Positions 12,876 to 24,992 of a stretch of 64,000 bases of DNA are shown piece by piece (within the stretch, counting starts at the first letter, position 1; each line of letters begins with the position of its first letter). A model generated the notes under the pieces. The model saw only the letters and a program-made list of their open reading frames with translations, was not told the DNA's origin and made no database searches. The position numbers and the translations under genes were made by a program. Source of the DNA: Guillardia theta CCMP2712 (lineage: Eukaryota > Protista > Cryptophyta); contig NW_005434577.1 in NCBI RefSeq assembly GCF_000315625.1, forward strand, positions 36,267-100,266, written 5' to 3'.

Positions 12876-14563
12876 TGATTCTGTAGTGTTAGAATATACC
12901 TTTGTGATGCGATGCGATGTTGATGTATTGCCTTGCGATGTGTCAATAAAAACAGATGAGATGGGACAGGACGGGACGAAAGGAGTTGACCTTAGATGAT
13001 ATGTATGAGAAGGAAAGAAGAATTGATCATATCAGTCAAATAAGTTCGTTGGTTTCTACACAATATCTACACTTCTCCTCTTCGATTGACACCATTCAGG
13101 CCTTCACTCTCGGGAAAACAGCAAGGGGGCTCAGTCCCTCTGGGTCCGTGACCACTGGCTGACCCGGCCCCGGCAACGGTGGTTTGAATTTGTTGTTGTG
13201 CCTGACACTGAGAGCACGACTTTAAAAATAATTCACAACTGTACAGTATACAAGAACGTCTTACTAACTGACGTGGCAGATGCACACTTCACACTGCACA
13301 GACAGGCGATCAGATCTCCCCAACGACTGATCGCACTGATTTGCAGTGTCCAAGTAAATTTGGAGCAACGAACGGTGAAAAAGTCAACAGACTTTGATAT
13401 CATACGAGTGGACGGCCGAGATGCCTTGACCAACAACTTGACTGAGCTGGACAACATGGTGACAATGAGAGCGTGACAACGCCAGTTACTTAGATACAGA
13501 CACGGGGCAGCGTGATTTTACTGTGATTAAAGCAAAGACATGTGTAGATCCCTCCCTCCTCTCTCTCTTCACGCCTCCCTCAGTGATTGTCCTGTCATCA
13601 TAATATTTGCACGGCTTCTTGCAGTAGAAATCCTGACGCGTGGGAGTATGTAGCGTATTTGGATCTCAGATTATAGACACTTGGAGGCGAGTAAAGAGCA
13701 GAACCTTCATTATGAGGGGCTGATCTTCGTTTTGGGCGAGAAGGATCCTGCTCATCCTACCTGAACGAGCTCTTGTGCCCTTAGTCGTCGCCTTCCATTG
13801 TCACCACGTTGTCTATCTCAGGGGCAACAGTCATGAAAGGTTGATTGACTGAAATGGAAATCGAAGCAAACAAAGTAGGAAAGGGTAAACAACTAATCTG
13901 CCTCAACACGAGACCACAAAAAGGAAGAGGCAGCGAAAACTAAACCGCAACTCAAACCACGCGAGGGACAACGAGCAGGCCCTGAGCGTGAAGAATAAAG
14001 ATACGTACAGGAGGGAGGGAAGTGACATGGAAGCATTGGATGGGACGGGAGGAAGGGAAGAGATCCACAAGGGTTCTATGTCAGTGCGAACGTTGGAAGA
14101 TGATGAGATGGGCTTGGGGGGGGCAGTTCTATGTGGATATACACCGGAATCGTGATGTCTGTGTGAATGATAAGCGATTCAGATTAGAACAACAAAACCC
14201 CCAACTGATCATTATACATCAGCGTTCACCTGCTTGTCTTGCCTGCCGTCCCTTGCGTGGATGGAGTAGCGGTTCTTGCTGCCTTTTCCGTTTTCCTAGT
14301 ATTTTATTGAGGCGGGTTTGTAGGGTTTATCCTCTTCCTCCTTTGTAAAGCCCTTCTGCTCAGCTGCTGATATCTGCTCTTGAAACTCTTATCCTGTTAG
14401 TATGTCATATCTTGACATTTGTTTCTCCTCACACCTCATCTCTTCTCGCCGGCAAGCATCTATAACATGTCGTTAGCAGGTGCATGGCGAAAGCTCTCAT
14501 GGGGGCCTATGGTTTGTTTTGTGTAATCGGTATTGTTCTTGTTGATCAAAGCATGGTGCAGGG

Positions 14564-16591
14564 TTGCATCTTCTGATTGCAAGCGGTTGTGTGCTCCTTG
14601 TACATGTTGCTGGCAGATTCTCATCTCACGTGGCGCCATTGGTGATTCGAGGGGGTGGAATAGGAGATGCGAACCAGACCCTGCCGATACGCCAAGACCT
14701 CCATAACATGAATAGAGAGCAGGTATATGAAAGGCTGTGGCTAGAACAGGACAAGATGAAGAGAGAACGGAAGAAGGTAGAGAAGAAGATAGTTAAAGTA
14801 GAACGAGAAATCAGGAATGTTGAGGCAGAGCACAAGGACTTGAAGAAGCAGGTATCGCAACTTCATGACAAGGGGGCCAACAAGAAGTTCATCAAGAAAA
14901 TAATGCAGGAAATAAAGTACCTTCGAGACAAAGAGTTGCAACTTCGAACGGAAAAGAAGCAACTTCGAACGGAAAAGAAGCAACTTCGAGACAAAGAGTT
15001 GCAACTTCGAGATAATGTCAAAGAGAAAAAAAAGAGCCTTTCCTGGTCAGAGACAGATCTGGATCTTAGTCAAGCAGGATACAGTGAGGATCGCAAAATT
15101 TTCACCATCGATCGAGCATTACTGAATCCAAGTCCTGGGCCAGCAGGGCAGCTGATGCTCTACTGCAGGGAAAGCTTCAATGAGCAATGGCGTTTCCTTG
15201 AGGAGAAGGTATGCAAGGAAGGATATTTGGGTTGGATCCTAGGCCCTCCGGGGACAGGGAAGACGACGACGACGACAAGTTTCCTGCTATGGCAAAGCAT
15301 GAAAGCGAGTTGGAGGGTGATGTGCGTACGACTCTGGAAGGCGGGTCCTGTCAGCCTGATACAGGTGGTTGACGGGAAAGAAAGAAGGTGCGACTTTTCT
15401 TTGAAGAGAGCAGGGGACGAGATAGAGGACTTCCTTGAAGGATGGGGAGGGGTCAGCGAAAAGTACCTTCTGTCCTTGGACGGTTACTTGGAGGGGAGTC
15501 CGGAACATGATAATTTGCTCAGTGTCTGCNNNNNNNNNNNNNNNNNNNNNNNNNNNNNNNNNNNNNNNNNNNNNNNNNNNNNNNNNNNNNNNNNNNNNNN
15601 NNNNNNNNNNNNNNNNNNNNNNNNNNNNNNNNNNNNNNNNNNNNNNNNNNNNNNNNNNNNNNNNNNNNNNNNNNNNNNNNNNNNNNNNNNNNNNNNNNNN
15701 NNNNNNNNNNNNNNNNNNNNNNNNNNNNNNNNNNNNNNNNNNNNNNNNNNNNTGATGAAGCAGGAGACCGAACAGGAGAGAAGAGCGAGAGAGGTAGAGT
15801 CCAAATATCAGATTGTTGGAGGCTCATGTCAGTACATGTTCCAATACACGACAGCAGAGGCGATTGAACAACTGTGTTTCGCGATGGCTTCTGTGGATAA
15901 TTTTGAAACGCTGATGGATTTGAAAACGGGAGACCAAGCAAAGCGGATGGTGAATCGGCTGCATGGAATGTATCGTGTTGGAGACAATGTGCACTGGGGG
16001 CTTGTCAGCAGGTTTGTCGCCACAGAGCTAGCACAGAGGCTTGGAGAAACTTTTGTGAGAAAGATCGAGCAGTTGGTGGGGATCGCTCAGAATCCGATAC
16101 TTCGTTGTTTGTTGTTTGAGATGCTATTCTTTGCTCGGATAGGAAACAACCCAGGGCTACGTGTGACCAGTAGGACAGGAGAAGAAGTCAATTGGGAGAG
16201 CCTTGCTGTGAAGACGTTTGACCCGACACAACTCTATACGTCTGGAATCGAGAGGAGTGTATGCCTAAAGCCAATAGCTTGGAATCAGGGCAGCTACGAC
16301 GCGGTGATTCTAGATCTAAGGGAGAGGATAGTGCGCTTTGTGCAGGTGACAGCGGCAAGCAAGCATGACCTGAGACTGCAGTACTTTGCAGACTGCATGG
16401 ATGCCTTGAGCATCGAAAGATGGGGTCAATGGAAGTTGGAGATTGTTTTCGTCGTCTCAAAGGACAATCTTGCAGAGTTCAGTCTGAGCGAGGTGGTCGA
16501 GGAAGGCGCGCTCGCTAGGTATGGTTGGAGAGCCGGAGAGGAAGCGAGCAAAGCGTGTGTGGTTGGGATGGACCCTAGACCACAAGGATGA
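14564..16591 (+). CDS. Crinkler/CR-type protein: coiled coil + P-loop NTPase + C-terminal REase-fold domain, copy 1 (spans an N gap; first in-frame ATG at 14708)
   Basis: Heptads LRDKELQ/LRTEKKQ, Walker A GPPGTGKT, Walker B-like LLSLDG, VVTTS and VGGS. The C-terminal KPIAWNQGSYDAV...VRFVQVTAASKH resembles the D..QxT REase signature of oomycete CRN C-termini. Confidence 0.75.
   Translation: MHLLIASGCVLLVHVAGRFSSHVAPLVIRGGGIGDANQTLPIRQDLHNMNREQVYERLWLEQDKMKRERKKVEKKIVKVEREIRNVEAEHKDLKKQVSQLHDKGANKKFIKKIMQEIKYLRDKELQLRTEKKQLRTEKKQLRDKELQLRDNVKEKKKSLSWSETDLDLSQAGYSEDRKIFTIDRALLNPSPGPAGQLMLYCRESFNEQWRFLEEKVCKEGYLGWILGPPGTGKTTTTTSFLLWQSMKASWRVMCVRLWKAGPVSLIQVVDGKERRCDFSLKRAGDEIEDFLEGWGGVSEKYLLSLDGYLEGSPEHDNLLSVCXXXXXXXXXXXXXXXXXXXXXXXXXXXXXXXXXXXXXXXXXXXXXXXXXXXXXXXXXXXXXXXXXXXXXXXXXXXMKQETEQERRAREVESKYQIVGGSCQYMFQYTTAEAIEQLCFAMASVDNFETLMDLKTGDQAKRMVNRLHGMYRVGDNVHWGLVSRFVATELAQRLGETFVRKIEQLVGIAQNPILRCLLFEMLFFARIGNNPGLRVTSRTGEEVNWESLAVKTFDPTQLYTSGIERSVCLKPIAWNQGSYDAVILDLRERIVRFVQVTAASKHDLRLQYFADCMDALSIERWGQWKLEIVFVVSKDNLAEFSLSEVVEEGALARYGWRAGEEASKACVVGMDPRPQG
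15530..15752. other. Assembly gap (223 N)
   Basis: The N run has the same length as the homologous segment 20434-20656 of copy 2. Confidence 0.99.
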
Positions 16592-17356
16592 AGCAGCAGG
16601 ATAGGATGACCATGGTGCCCGAGTTAGTGAATGCACCAATAGACATTGGGTTATGCTCGTGCAAGTGAGCAATGTATCAAATTTCAGCACCTTCACTGTG
16701 CAATGCTGTGAATCATTGTATCATCATTATTATTTGAGTTTATTAGACTCTTAGTCGAGAATTTCATAGCTAAGAACTATTGCTCTCTGCTCGTTTCGCG
16801 CCTACTTATCCGTCTAAAGGGGTTCCCAACCTTGGGAGGTTGCCCCATTGTCCTATAGGCCCCTAAGGCCCGGTTGCTTCCTTATCAGATGTTTTCAGTG
16901 ACGTTGTCCTCCGGGCCCATCATTGTAAACCAATGCGGGTATGGTGTAGCCACCAGATACGAATACGCTCATCACCTCACCTGTACAAGCAGATGGCTTG
17001 TCCCGTTCTCGTCCTCACGTTTCCACGGACCATCGCTTTTGTAATGGTGTAGACTTGATAGCGTTTCATTGTCTTTTGTGCCATTTTTGCGGACAGTCCC
17101 TTCTAAACAACACTTTTTACAAGAGTTTTTCTTGCTTTGTGTGTGCGCGCGTTTCTTTTGTGCTTTGCAGCAGTGTGCCTGGCGGGACTCGCCGGAACTG
17201 TTGACAGCGCGGCAAGGGCGGACATCCCGGCCGGCCGTGCCCGTCGGGAGCTGCGCTCCGGTGCTAAACACCTATGCCACCCGAGAGAGTGCAGCCTTCC
17301 GAGCTGCAAGGTGGAGGACGACTCAGGAGTCCCGAGTCTAGCGACGACTCCACGGG

Positions 17357-17695
17357 CTATGATATGATGCTCTAGTCAGGTATGATATGATGCTCTAGTC
17401 AGGTATGATATGATGCTCTAGTCAGGTATGATATGACGCTCTAGTCAGGTATGATATGACGCTCTGGTCAGGTATGATACGATGCTCTAGTCAGGTATGA
17501 TACGATGCTCTAGTCAGGTATGATATGATGCTCTAGTCAGGTATGAAACGATGCTCTAGTCAGGTATGATATGATGCTCTAGTCAGGTATGATATGATGC
17601 TCTAGTCAGGTATGATATGATGCTCTAGTCAGGTATGATATGATGCTCTAGTCAGGTATGATATGACGCTCTAGTCAGGTATGATATGATGCTCT
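17357..17695. repeat. 23-bp tandem array 2, ~15 copies
   Basis: Same unit as array 1; lies between the two cassettes. Confidence 0.97.
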
Positions 17696-20600
17696 TGATT
17701 CTGTAGTGTTAGAATATACCTTTGTGATGCGATGCGATGTTGATGTATTTCGTTGCGATGTGTCAATAAAAACAGATGAGATGGGACAGGACGGGACGAA
17801 AGGAGTTGACCTTAGATGATATGTATGAGAAGGAAAGAAGAATTGATCATATCAGTCAAATAAGTTCGTTGGTTTCTACACAATATCTACACTTCTCCTC
17901 TTCGATTGACACCATTCAGGCCTTCACTCTCGGGAAAACAGCAAGGGGGCTCAGTCCCTCTGGGTCCGTGACCACTGGCTGACCCGGCCCCGGCAACGGT
18001 GGTTTGAATTTGTTGTTGTGCCTGACACTGAGAGCACGACTTTAAAAATAATTCACAACTGTACAGTATACAAGAACGTCTTACTAACTGACGTGGCAGA
18101 TGCACACTTCACACTGCACAGACAGGCGATCAGATCTCCCCAACGACTGATCGCACTGATTTGCAGTGTCCAAGTAAATTTGGAGCAACGAACGGTGAAA
18201 AAGTCAACAGACTTTGATATCATACGAGTGGACGGCCGAGATGCCTTGACCAACAACTTGACTGAGCTGGACAACATGGTGACAATGAGAGCGTGACAAC
18301 GCCAGTTACTTAGATACAGACACGGGGCAGCGTGATTTTACTGTGATTAAAGCAAAGACATGTGTAGATCCCTCCCTCCTCTCTCTCTTCACGCCTCCCT
18401 CAGTGATTGTCCTGTCATCATAATATTTGCACGGCTTCTTGCAGTAGAAATCCTGACGCGTGGGAGTATGTAGCGTATTTGGATCTCAGATTATAGACAC
18501 TTGGAGGCGAGTAAAGAGCAGAACCTTCATTATGAGGGGCTGATCTTCGTTTTGGGCGAGAAGGATCCTGCTCATCCTACCTGAACGAGCTCTTGTGCCC
18601 TTAGTCGTCGCCTTCCATTGTCACCACGTTGTCTATCTCAGGGGCAACAGTCATGAAAGGTTGATTGACTGAAATGGAAATCGAAGCAAACAAAGTAGGA
18701 AAGGGTAAACAACTAATCTGCCTCAACACGAGACCACAAAAAGGAAGAGGCAGCGAAAACTAAACCGCAACTCAAACCACGCGAGGGACAACGAGCAGGC
18801 CCTGAGCGTGAAGAATAAAGATACGTACAGGAGGGAGGGAAGTGACATGGAAGCATTGGATGGGACGGGAGGAAGGGAAGAGATCCACAAGGGTTCTATG
18901 TCAGTGCGAACGTTGGAAGATGATGAGATGGGCTTGGGGGGGGCAGTTCTATGTGGATATACACCGGAATCGTGATGTCTGTGTGAATGATAAGCGATTC
19001 AGATTAGAACAACAAAACCCCCAACTGATCATTATACATCAGCGTTCACCTGCTTGTCTTGCCTGCCGTCCCTTGCGTGGATGGAGTAGCGGTTCTTGCT
19101 GCCTTTTCCGTTTTCCTAGTATTTTATTGAGGCGGGTTTGTAGGGTTTATCCTCTTCCTCCTTTGTAAAGCCCTTCTGCTCAGCTGCTGATATCTGCTCT
19201 TGAAACTCTTATCCTGTTAGTATGTCATATCTTGACATTTGTTTCTCCTCACACCTCATCTCTTCTCGCCGGCAAGCATCTATAACATGTCGTTAGCAGG
19301 TGCATGGCGAAAGCTCTCATGGGGGCCTATGGTTTGTTTTGTGTAATCGGTATTGTTCTTGTTGATCAAAGCATGGTGCAGGGTTGCATCTTCTGATTGC
19401 AAGCGGTTGTGTGCTCCTTGTACATGTTGCTGGCAGATTCTCATCTCACGTGGCGCCATTGGTGATTCGAGGGGGTGGAATAGGAGATGCGAACCAGACC
19501 CTGCCGATACGCCAAGACCTCCATAACATGAATAGAGAGGAGTTAGATGCAAGGCTGTGGCTAGAACAGGACAAGATGAAGAGAGAACGGAAGAAGGTAG
19601 AGAAGAAGATAGTTAAAGTAGAACGAGAGATCAGGAATGTTCAGGCAAGAACGGAGAAGGTAGAGAAGAAGATAGTTAAAGTAGAACGAGAAATCAGGAA
19701 TGTTGAGGCAAAGCACAAGGACTTGAAGAAGCAGGTATCGCAACTTCATGACAAGGGGGCCAACAAGAAGTTCATCAAGAAAATAACGCAGGAAATAAAG
19801 TACCTTCGAGACAAAGAGTTGCAACTACGAGACAAAGAGTTGCAACTTCGAACGGAAAAGAAGCAACTTCGAACGGAAAAGAAGCAACTTCGAACGGAAA
19901 AAAAGCAACTTCGAGATAATGTCAAAGAGAAGAAAAAGAGCCTTTCCTGGTCAGAGACAGATCTGGATCTTAGTCAAGCAGGATACAGTGAGGATCGCAA
20001 AATTTTCACCATCGATCGAGCATTACTGAATCCAAGTCCTGGGCCAGCAGGGCAGCTGATGCTCTACTGCAGGGAAAGCTTCAATGAGCAATGGCGTTTC
20101 CTTGAGGAGAAGGTATGCAAGGAAGGATATTTGGGTTGGATCCTAGGCCCTCCGGGGACAGGGAAGACGACGACGACGACAAGTTTCCTGCTATGGCAAA
20201 GCATGAAAGCGAGTTGGAGGGTGATGTGCGTACGACTCTGGAAGGCGGGTCCTGTCAGCCTGATACAGGTGGTTGACGGGAAAGAAAGAAGGTGCGACTT
20301 TTCTTTGAAGAGAGCAGGGGACGAGATAGAGGACTTCCTTGAAGGATGGGGAGGGGTCAGCGAAAAGTACCTTCTGTCCTTGGACGGTTACTTGGAGGGG
20401 AGTCCGGAACATGATAATTTGCTCAGTGTCTGCATGCTATGGCGCCGTCATGACATGGAGAATCGCCGGCTTGTCGTTACGACTTCGATGGGTGCTCGAA
20501 TAAAGGTGTATTCTGAGCAAGATATGATAGAAAGGATCAAGGAAATGAAAGTATACTCGTGGATGCTTGAGGAGTACAAGGAAGCCGTCAAGCACGACCT

Positions 20601-22065
20601 TCTGTACAAAAATGTAGCTAACATGGTGGGATCGAGCTTGGGAACGAGGAATACGGTGATGAAGCAGGAGACCGAACAGGAGAGAAGAGCGAGAGAGGTA
20701 GAGTCCAAATATCAGATTGTTGGAGGCTCATGTCAGTACATGTTCCAATACACGACAGCAGAGGCGATTGAACAACTGTGTTTCGCGATGGCTTCTGTGG
20801 ATAATTTTGAAACGCTGATGGATTTGAAAACGGGAGACCAAGCAAAGCGGATGGTGAATCGGCTGCATGGAATGTATCGTGTTGGAGACAATGTGCACTG
20901 GGGGCTTGTCAGCAGGTTTGTCGCCACAGAGCTAGCACAGAGGCTTGGAGAAACTTTTGTGAGAAAGATCGAGCAGTTGGTGGGGATCGCTCAGAATCCG
21001 ATACTTCGTTGTTTGTTGTTTGAGATGCTATTCTTTGCTCGGATAGGAAACAACCCAGGGCTACGTGTGACCAGTAGGACAGGAGAAGAAGTCAATTGGG
21101 AGAGCCTTGCTGTGAAGACGTTTGACCCGACACAACTCTATACGTCTGGAATCGAGAGGAGTGTATGCCTAAAGCCAATAGCTTGGAATCAGGGCAGCTA
21201 CGACGCGGTGATTCTAGATCTAAGGGAGAGGATAGTGCGCTTTGTGCAGGTGACAGCGGCAAGCAAGCATGACCTGAGACTGCAGTACTTTGCAGACTGC
21301 ATGGATGCCTTGAGCATCGAAAGATGGGGTCAATGGAAGTTGGAGATTGTTTTCGTCGTCTCAAAGGACAATCTTGCAGAGTTCAGTCTGAGCGAGGTGG
21401 TCGAGGAAGGCGCGCTCGCTAGGTATGGTTGGAGAGCCGGAGAGGAAGCGAGCAAAGCGTGTGTGGTTGGGATGGACCCTAGACCACAAGGATGAAGCAG
21501 CAGGATAGGATGACCATGGTGCCCGAGCTGTGCAATGCTGTGAATCATTGTATCATCATTATTATTTGAGTTTATTAGACTCTTAGTCGAGAATTTCATA
21601 GCTAAGAACTATTGCTCTCTGCTCGTTTCGCGCCTACTTATCCGTCTAAAGGGGTTCCCAACCTTGGCCCGGTTTCTTCCTTATCAGATGTTTTCAGTGA
21701 CGTTGTCCTCCGGGCCCATTATTGTAAACCAATGCGGGTATGGTGTAGCCACCAGATACGAATACGCTCATCACCTCACCTGTCCAAGCAGATGGCTTGT
21801 CCCGTTCTCGTCCTCACGTTTCCACGGACCATCGCTTCTGTAATGGTGTAGACTTGATAGCGTTTCATTGTCTTTTGTGCCATTTTTGCGGACAGTCCCT
21901 TCTAAACAACACTTTTTACAAGAGTTTTTCTTGCTTTGTGTGTGCGCGCGTTTCTTTTGTGCTTTGCAGCAGTGTGCCTGGCGGGACTCCCGGGCGAGTG
22001 CAGCCTTCCGAGCTGCAAGGTGAAGGACGACTCAGGAGTCCCGAGTCTAGCGACGACTCCACGGG
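17696..22065 (+). repeat. Cassette copy 2
   Basis: Direct repeat of 12876-17356 with indels in the coiled-coil region and the 3' flank. Confidence 0.95.
19384..21495 (+). CDS. Crinkler/CR-type NTPase-REase protein, copy 2 (first in-frame ATG at 19528)
   Basis: Uninterrupted 703-codon ORF with the same motifs as copy 1. Confidence 0.78.
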   Translation: MHLLIASGCVLLVHVAGRFSSHVAPLVIRGGGIGDANQTLPIRQDLHNMNREELDARLWLEQDKMKRERKKVEKKIVKVEREIRNVQARTEKVEKKIVKVEREIRNVEAKHKDLKKQVSQLHDKGANKKFIKKITQEIKYLRDKELQLRDKELQLRTEKKQLRTEKKQLRTEKKQLRDNVKEKKKSLSWSETDLDLSQAGYSEDRKIFTIDRALLNPSPGPAGQLMLYCRESFNEQWRFLEEKVCKEGYLGWILGPPGTGKTTTTTSFLLWQSMKASWRVMCVRLWKAGPVSLIQVVDGKERRCDFSLKRAGDEIEDFLEGWGGVSEKYLLSLDGYLEGSPEHDNLLSVCMLWRRHDMENRRLVVTTSMGARIKVYSEQDMIERIKEMKVYSWMLEEYKEAVKHDLLYKNVANMVGSSLGTRNTVMKQETEQERRAREVESKYQIVGGSCQYMFQYTTAEAIEQLCFAMASVDNFETLMDLKTGDQAKRMVNRLHGMYRVGDNVHWGLVSRFVATELAQRLGETFVRKIEQLVGIAQNPILRCLLFEMLFFARIGNNPGLRVTSRTGEEVNWESLAVKTFDPTQLYTSGIERSVCLKPIAWNQGSYDAVILDLRERIVRFVQVTAASKHDLRLQYFADCMDALSIERWGQWKLEIVFVVSKDNLAEFSLSEVVEEGALARYGWRAGEEASKACVVGMDPRPQG

Positions 22066-22653
22066 CTATGATATGATGCTCTAGTCAGGTATGATATGAT
22101 GCTCTAGTCAGGTATGATATGATGCTCTAGTCAGGTATGATATGATGCTCTAGTCAGGTATGATATGATGCTCTAGTCAGGTATGATATGACGCTCTAGT
22201 CAGGTATGATATGATGCTCTAGTCAGGTATGATAATGATGCTCTAGTCAGGTATGATATGATGCTCTAGTCAGGTATGATATGATGCTCTAGTCAGGTAT
22301 GATATGATGCTCTAGTCAGGTATGATATGATGCTCTAGTCAGGTATGATATGATGCTCTAGTCAGGTATGATATGATGCTCTAGTCAGGTATGATATGAT
22401 GCTCTAGTCAGGTATGATATGATGCTCTAGTCAGGTATGATATGATGCTCTAGTCAGGTATGATATGATGCTCTAGTCAGGTATGATATGATGCTCTAGT
22501 CAGGTATGATATGATGCTCTAGTCAGGTATGATATGATGCTCTAGTCAGGTATGATACGATGCTCTAGTCAGGTATGATATGATGCTCTAGTCAGGTATG
22601 ATACGATGCTCTAGTCAGGTATGATAATGATGCTCTAGTCAGGTATGATATGA
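22066..22653. repeat. 23-bp tandem array 3, ~25 copies
   Basis: Same unit as array 1. Confidence 0.97.
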
Positions 22654-22925
22654 TTCTGCAGTAATAGTATGAACCTTTGAGTCTTTCGCTTCCTGCCCCG
22701 TAACTATGACTACCTTACAGATTCCCATCCTTCTCTGCTCTTGCTTTCCAGTATGGCGTGATGCGATGAGATGCGATGCGATTGAGATGGTACAGGACGG
22801 GACGAAAGGAGTTGAACTTTTAGATGATATGTATGAGAAGGATTGAACATATCAGTCAAATAGTTCATTGATTTCTACACAGTATCTACACTTCTCTTCG
22901 ATCGACACCATTCAGGCCTTCACTT

Positions 22926-23216
22926 TCAGGCAGCTCCCTCACGCGTTCGCTTCGATCCTGGTCTAATCACTTCACGCCAGTTCTGCTGTCCCAGATGCTC
23001 CTTGCGCCTTGCGCCATAAATGTTATCAAGGCAGCTGGTCTTGGAGGAGGAGACTCTTGATTGAGGAGGGGAAAGCTTGTCGTGGCAGGTGGTAAGGGAA
23101 AGGGAAGAAGGGCGGGAAGAAGGGGCAGGGCGGTTGGAACGGAGGAGAGGGCGTGCGGGGGGGAGGTCAGAGGAGAGGGAGACGCGGGACCAGGAGACGG
23201 GGGAGATAGAGCACAT
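22926..23216 (-). CDS. Small 'SCLDNILAAR' family protein, type A (96 aa)
   Basis: MCSISPVSWSRVSLSSDLPPARPLLRS...KTSCLDNIYGARRK; several paralogs in the window. Confidence 0.55.
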   Translation of the reverse strand: MCSISPVSWSRVSLSSDLPPARPLLRSNRPAPSSRPSSLSLTTCHDKLSPPQSRVSSSKTSCLDNIYGARRKEHLGQQNWREVIRPGSKRTREGAA

Positions 23217-23756
23217 GGGTGTAGCGGGTAGGAGTGCAAGGATGCAGCAGGAAGGATGCAGAACAGAAACCAATCTAGCAAGTTTTATGGGATCTAGCGG
23301 GAGGAGAGGGGGCGTCTCTAGGGGGATTTGAAGGGACGGAATGCAGTAGTAAAGTCTAGCGACTGATCTAACAGTGGTGGTGCCTGTAAGGCTTGTGCCT
23401 CGTACCATTGAACTGCCAATCATTTTCTGTTCCTCAAGGAAGTACCCCCTTCTTCCCATTACAACGAAGGGGTACATAAGTAGTCATGCGTCTCTTTGTT
23501 GTATCTGGGAGACGACCTGACCCTAGAAAGCAACGTTTCGCAAGAGGTCGCTTGCTTTTGCGCATCGCTTCGGGAGGGTGAAGACTCCGCATCTGCTCAC
23601 GTGTGATCTCAGTTTAGGTACCTTCTTTCCTTTATGCCTCCTACCACGCCGCCCCTCCCCCCACCCTTTCCCCCCCCCCCCTGCGTTCCCCCGCTCCTCC
23701 TCGTCCACACTCTCTACCCTCCCTCTCACTCTTATCGGCACATTCCTATGCCTGTC

Positions 23757-23964
23757 ATGATCGCTATCTCTGAAGTCTTCCAACACTCTTCCGACTTCCC
23801 AATCCTTCATGCCTCAGTCTCCATGCCTGCTCGAGGGATCCGGCAGCACCAGCTGTCTGGACAACATCCTTGCAGCAAGGAGAAAGCTGCGACAGGTCGG
23901 ACACGAGGAGAAGATGAGGGAAGAGGAGACACGTTTGAAGAGGAAGCGGAGATTCGACGTCTGA
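23757..23964 (+). pseudogene. 'SCLDNILAAR' family, type B, frameshifted
   Basis: MIAISEV start is out of frame with SCLDNILAARRKLRQV...LKRKRRFDV*. Confidence 0.5.
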
Positions 23965-24992
23965 TACTGATACTGGACCAACACTGACGTTAAGAGCGTT
24001 CGGGAGCAGCACATGACATGATGTACACGTCACTGGATATGCTTGGACAAGATCTCATGTGCACATCTCAGCTTGTCCTTGAAGAGGCAACGGATGCGAG
24101 CAGGGCGGGCGACATGACCTGATAGGACCCGGGAAGGGAGTCAGACCTTACGAGTGCGCATACGGCTGACGGGAAGGAGGAAGAGACATATGATACCTGG
24201 AGAGGTTAGGGAAAGAGCATATGGAGGCAGTTGGAGGCGTAGGAAAGCGTGGACAAGGTGCTATGCTGGTAGTGTAGAGATGGAGCTAGTGCGGGATAGG
24301 GATTGTATAGGACGCGTTGGTTGAAATGTCTCAACGGCGAAGTAAAGGGATGTGCTTATAAAACAAGCTTCTGATCAGTGCATTTCTGCTCCTTTTGACT
24401 TTCCGACTCTGTTTCATGTACTCTTAGCGTGTCCTTGCAGCACTGTTCGGGTCTAGATATCATTCGACAGGATCGGATCTCAGACTCCTCTGAGAGTCGG
24501 CCCGGTCTCAGACTGAGAGGTGGAGGGAGGAGAAAGACTCGGAGCCGGGAGGCCCCGAGAAGAGGGTGACAGCAGTTGGCAGGATTAGGTTACTGATCTT
24601 TAACTTAACTTTGAGTAAAGATTCAGTGAAGTACCGAAAACTTATCTCATGTAGCTTGCTCAGTTGTCTTAGTGTGCAGCGCTCGGCCGGGCCCGCCGGA
24701 GTGGCCCGGCTGATCCCAAGATTGTCATGGCCCACCCTGCTCATGATCAAAAACAGCCATGTAAGGCACCGTGACTGAAGTTCCAAAGTCACATTGCCAG
24801 TTTTGTACCGCAGCAACGGTCATGTAAAAACCTACACGCTCACCGTCGCCCTCTCCTCCTCACCTCCTCCTCACCGCTCGTCCGCTTGTCCTCGTTCACA
24901 CGCCTCATCTCCCGGTTCCTCCTCCAGGAGGAAATCTATCTGAGATCATCTGCCATACCTGGCGCGCTTTTTGTACCGCCTTTCCTCCTGAC

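Larger units (their letters stand above)
12876..17356 (+). repeat. Cassette copy 1 of a ~4.4 kb direct tandem duplication
   Basis: Near-identical to 17696-22065 (offset 4820 at the start). The ORF track duplicates accordingly. Confidence 0.95.

Noticed and set aside
12876-22065. Tandem duplication as a pure assembly artefact
   Set aside because: The copies differ by several structured indels and substitutions, and the arrays differ in length. Allelic haplotypes are still not fully excluded, given the N gap.
12291-22653. 23-bp arrays as CRISPR arrays or telomeric repeats
   Set aside because: Contiguous units with no unique spacers, no cas genes, an interstitial position, and no G-rich telomere-like unit.
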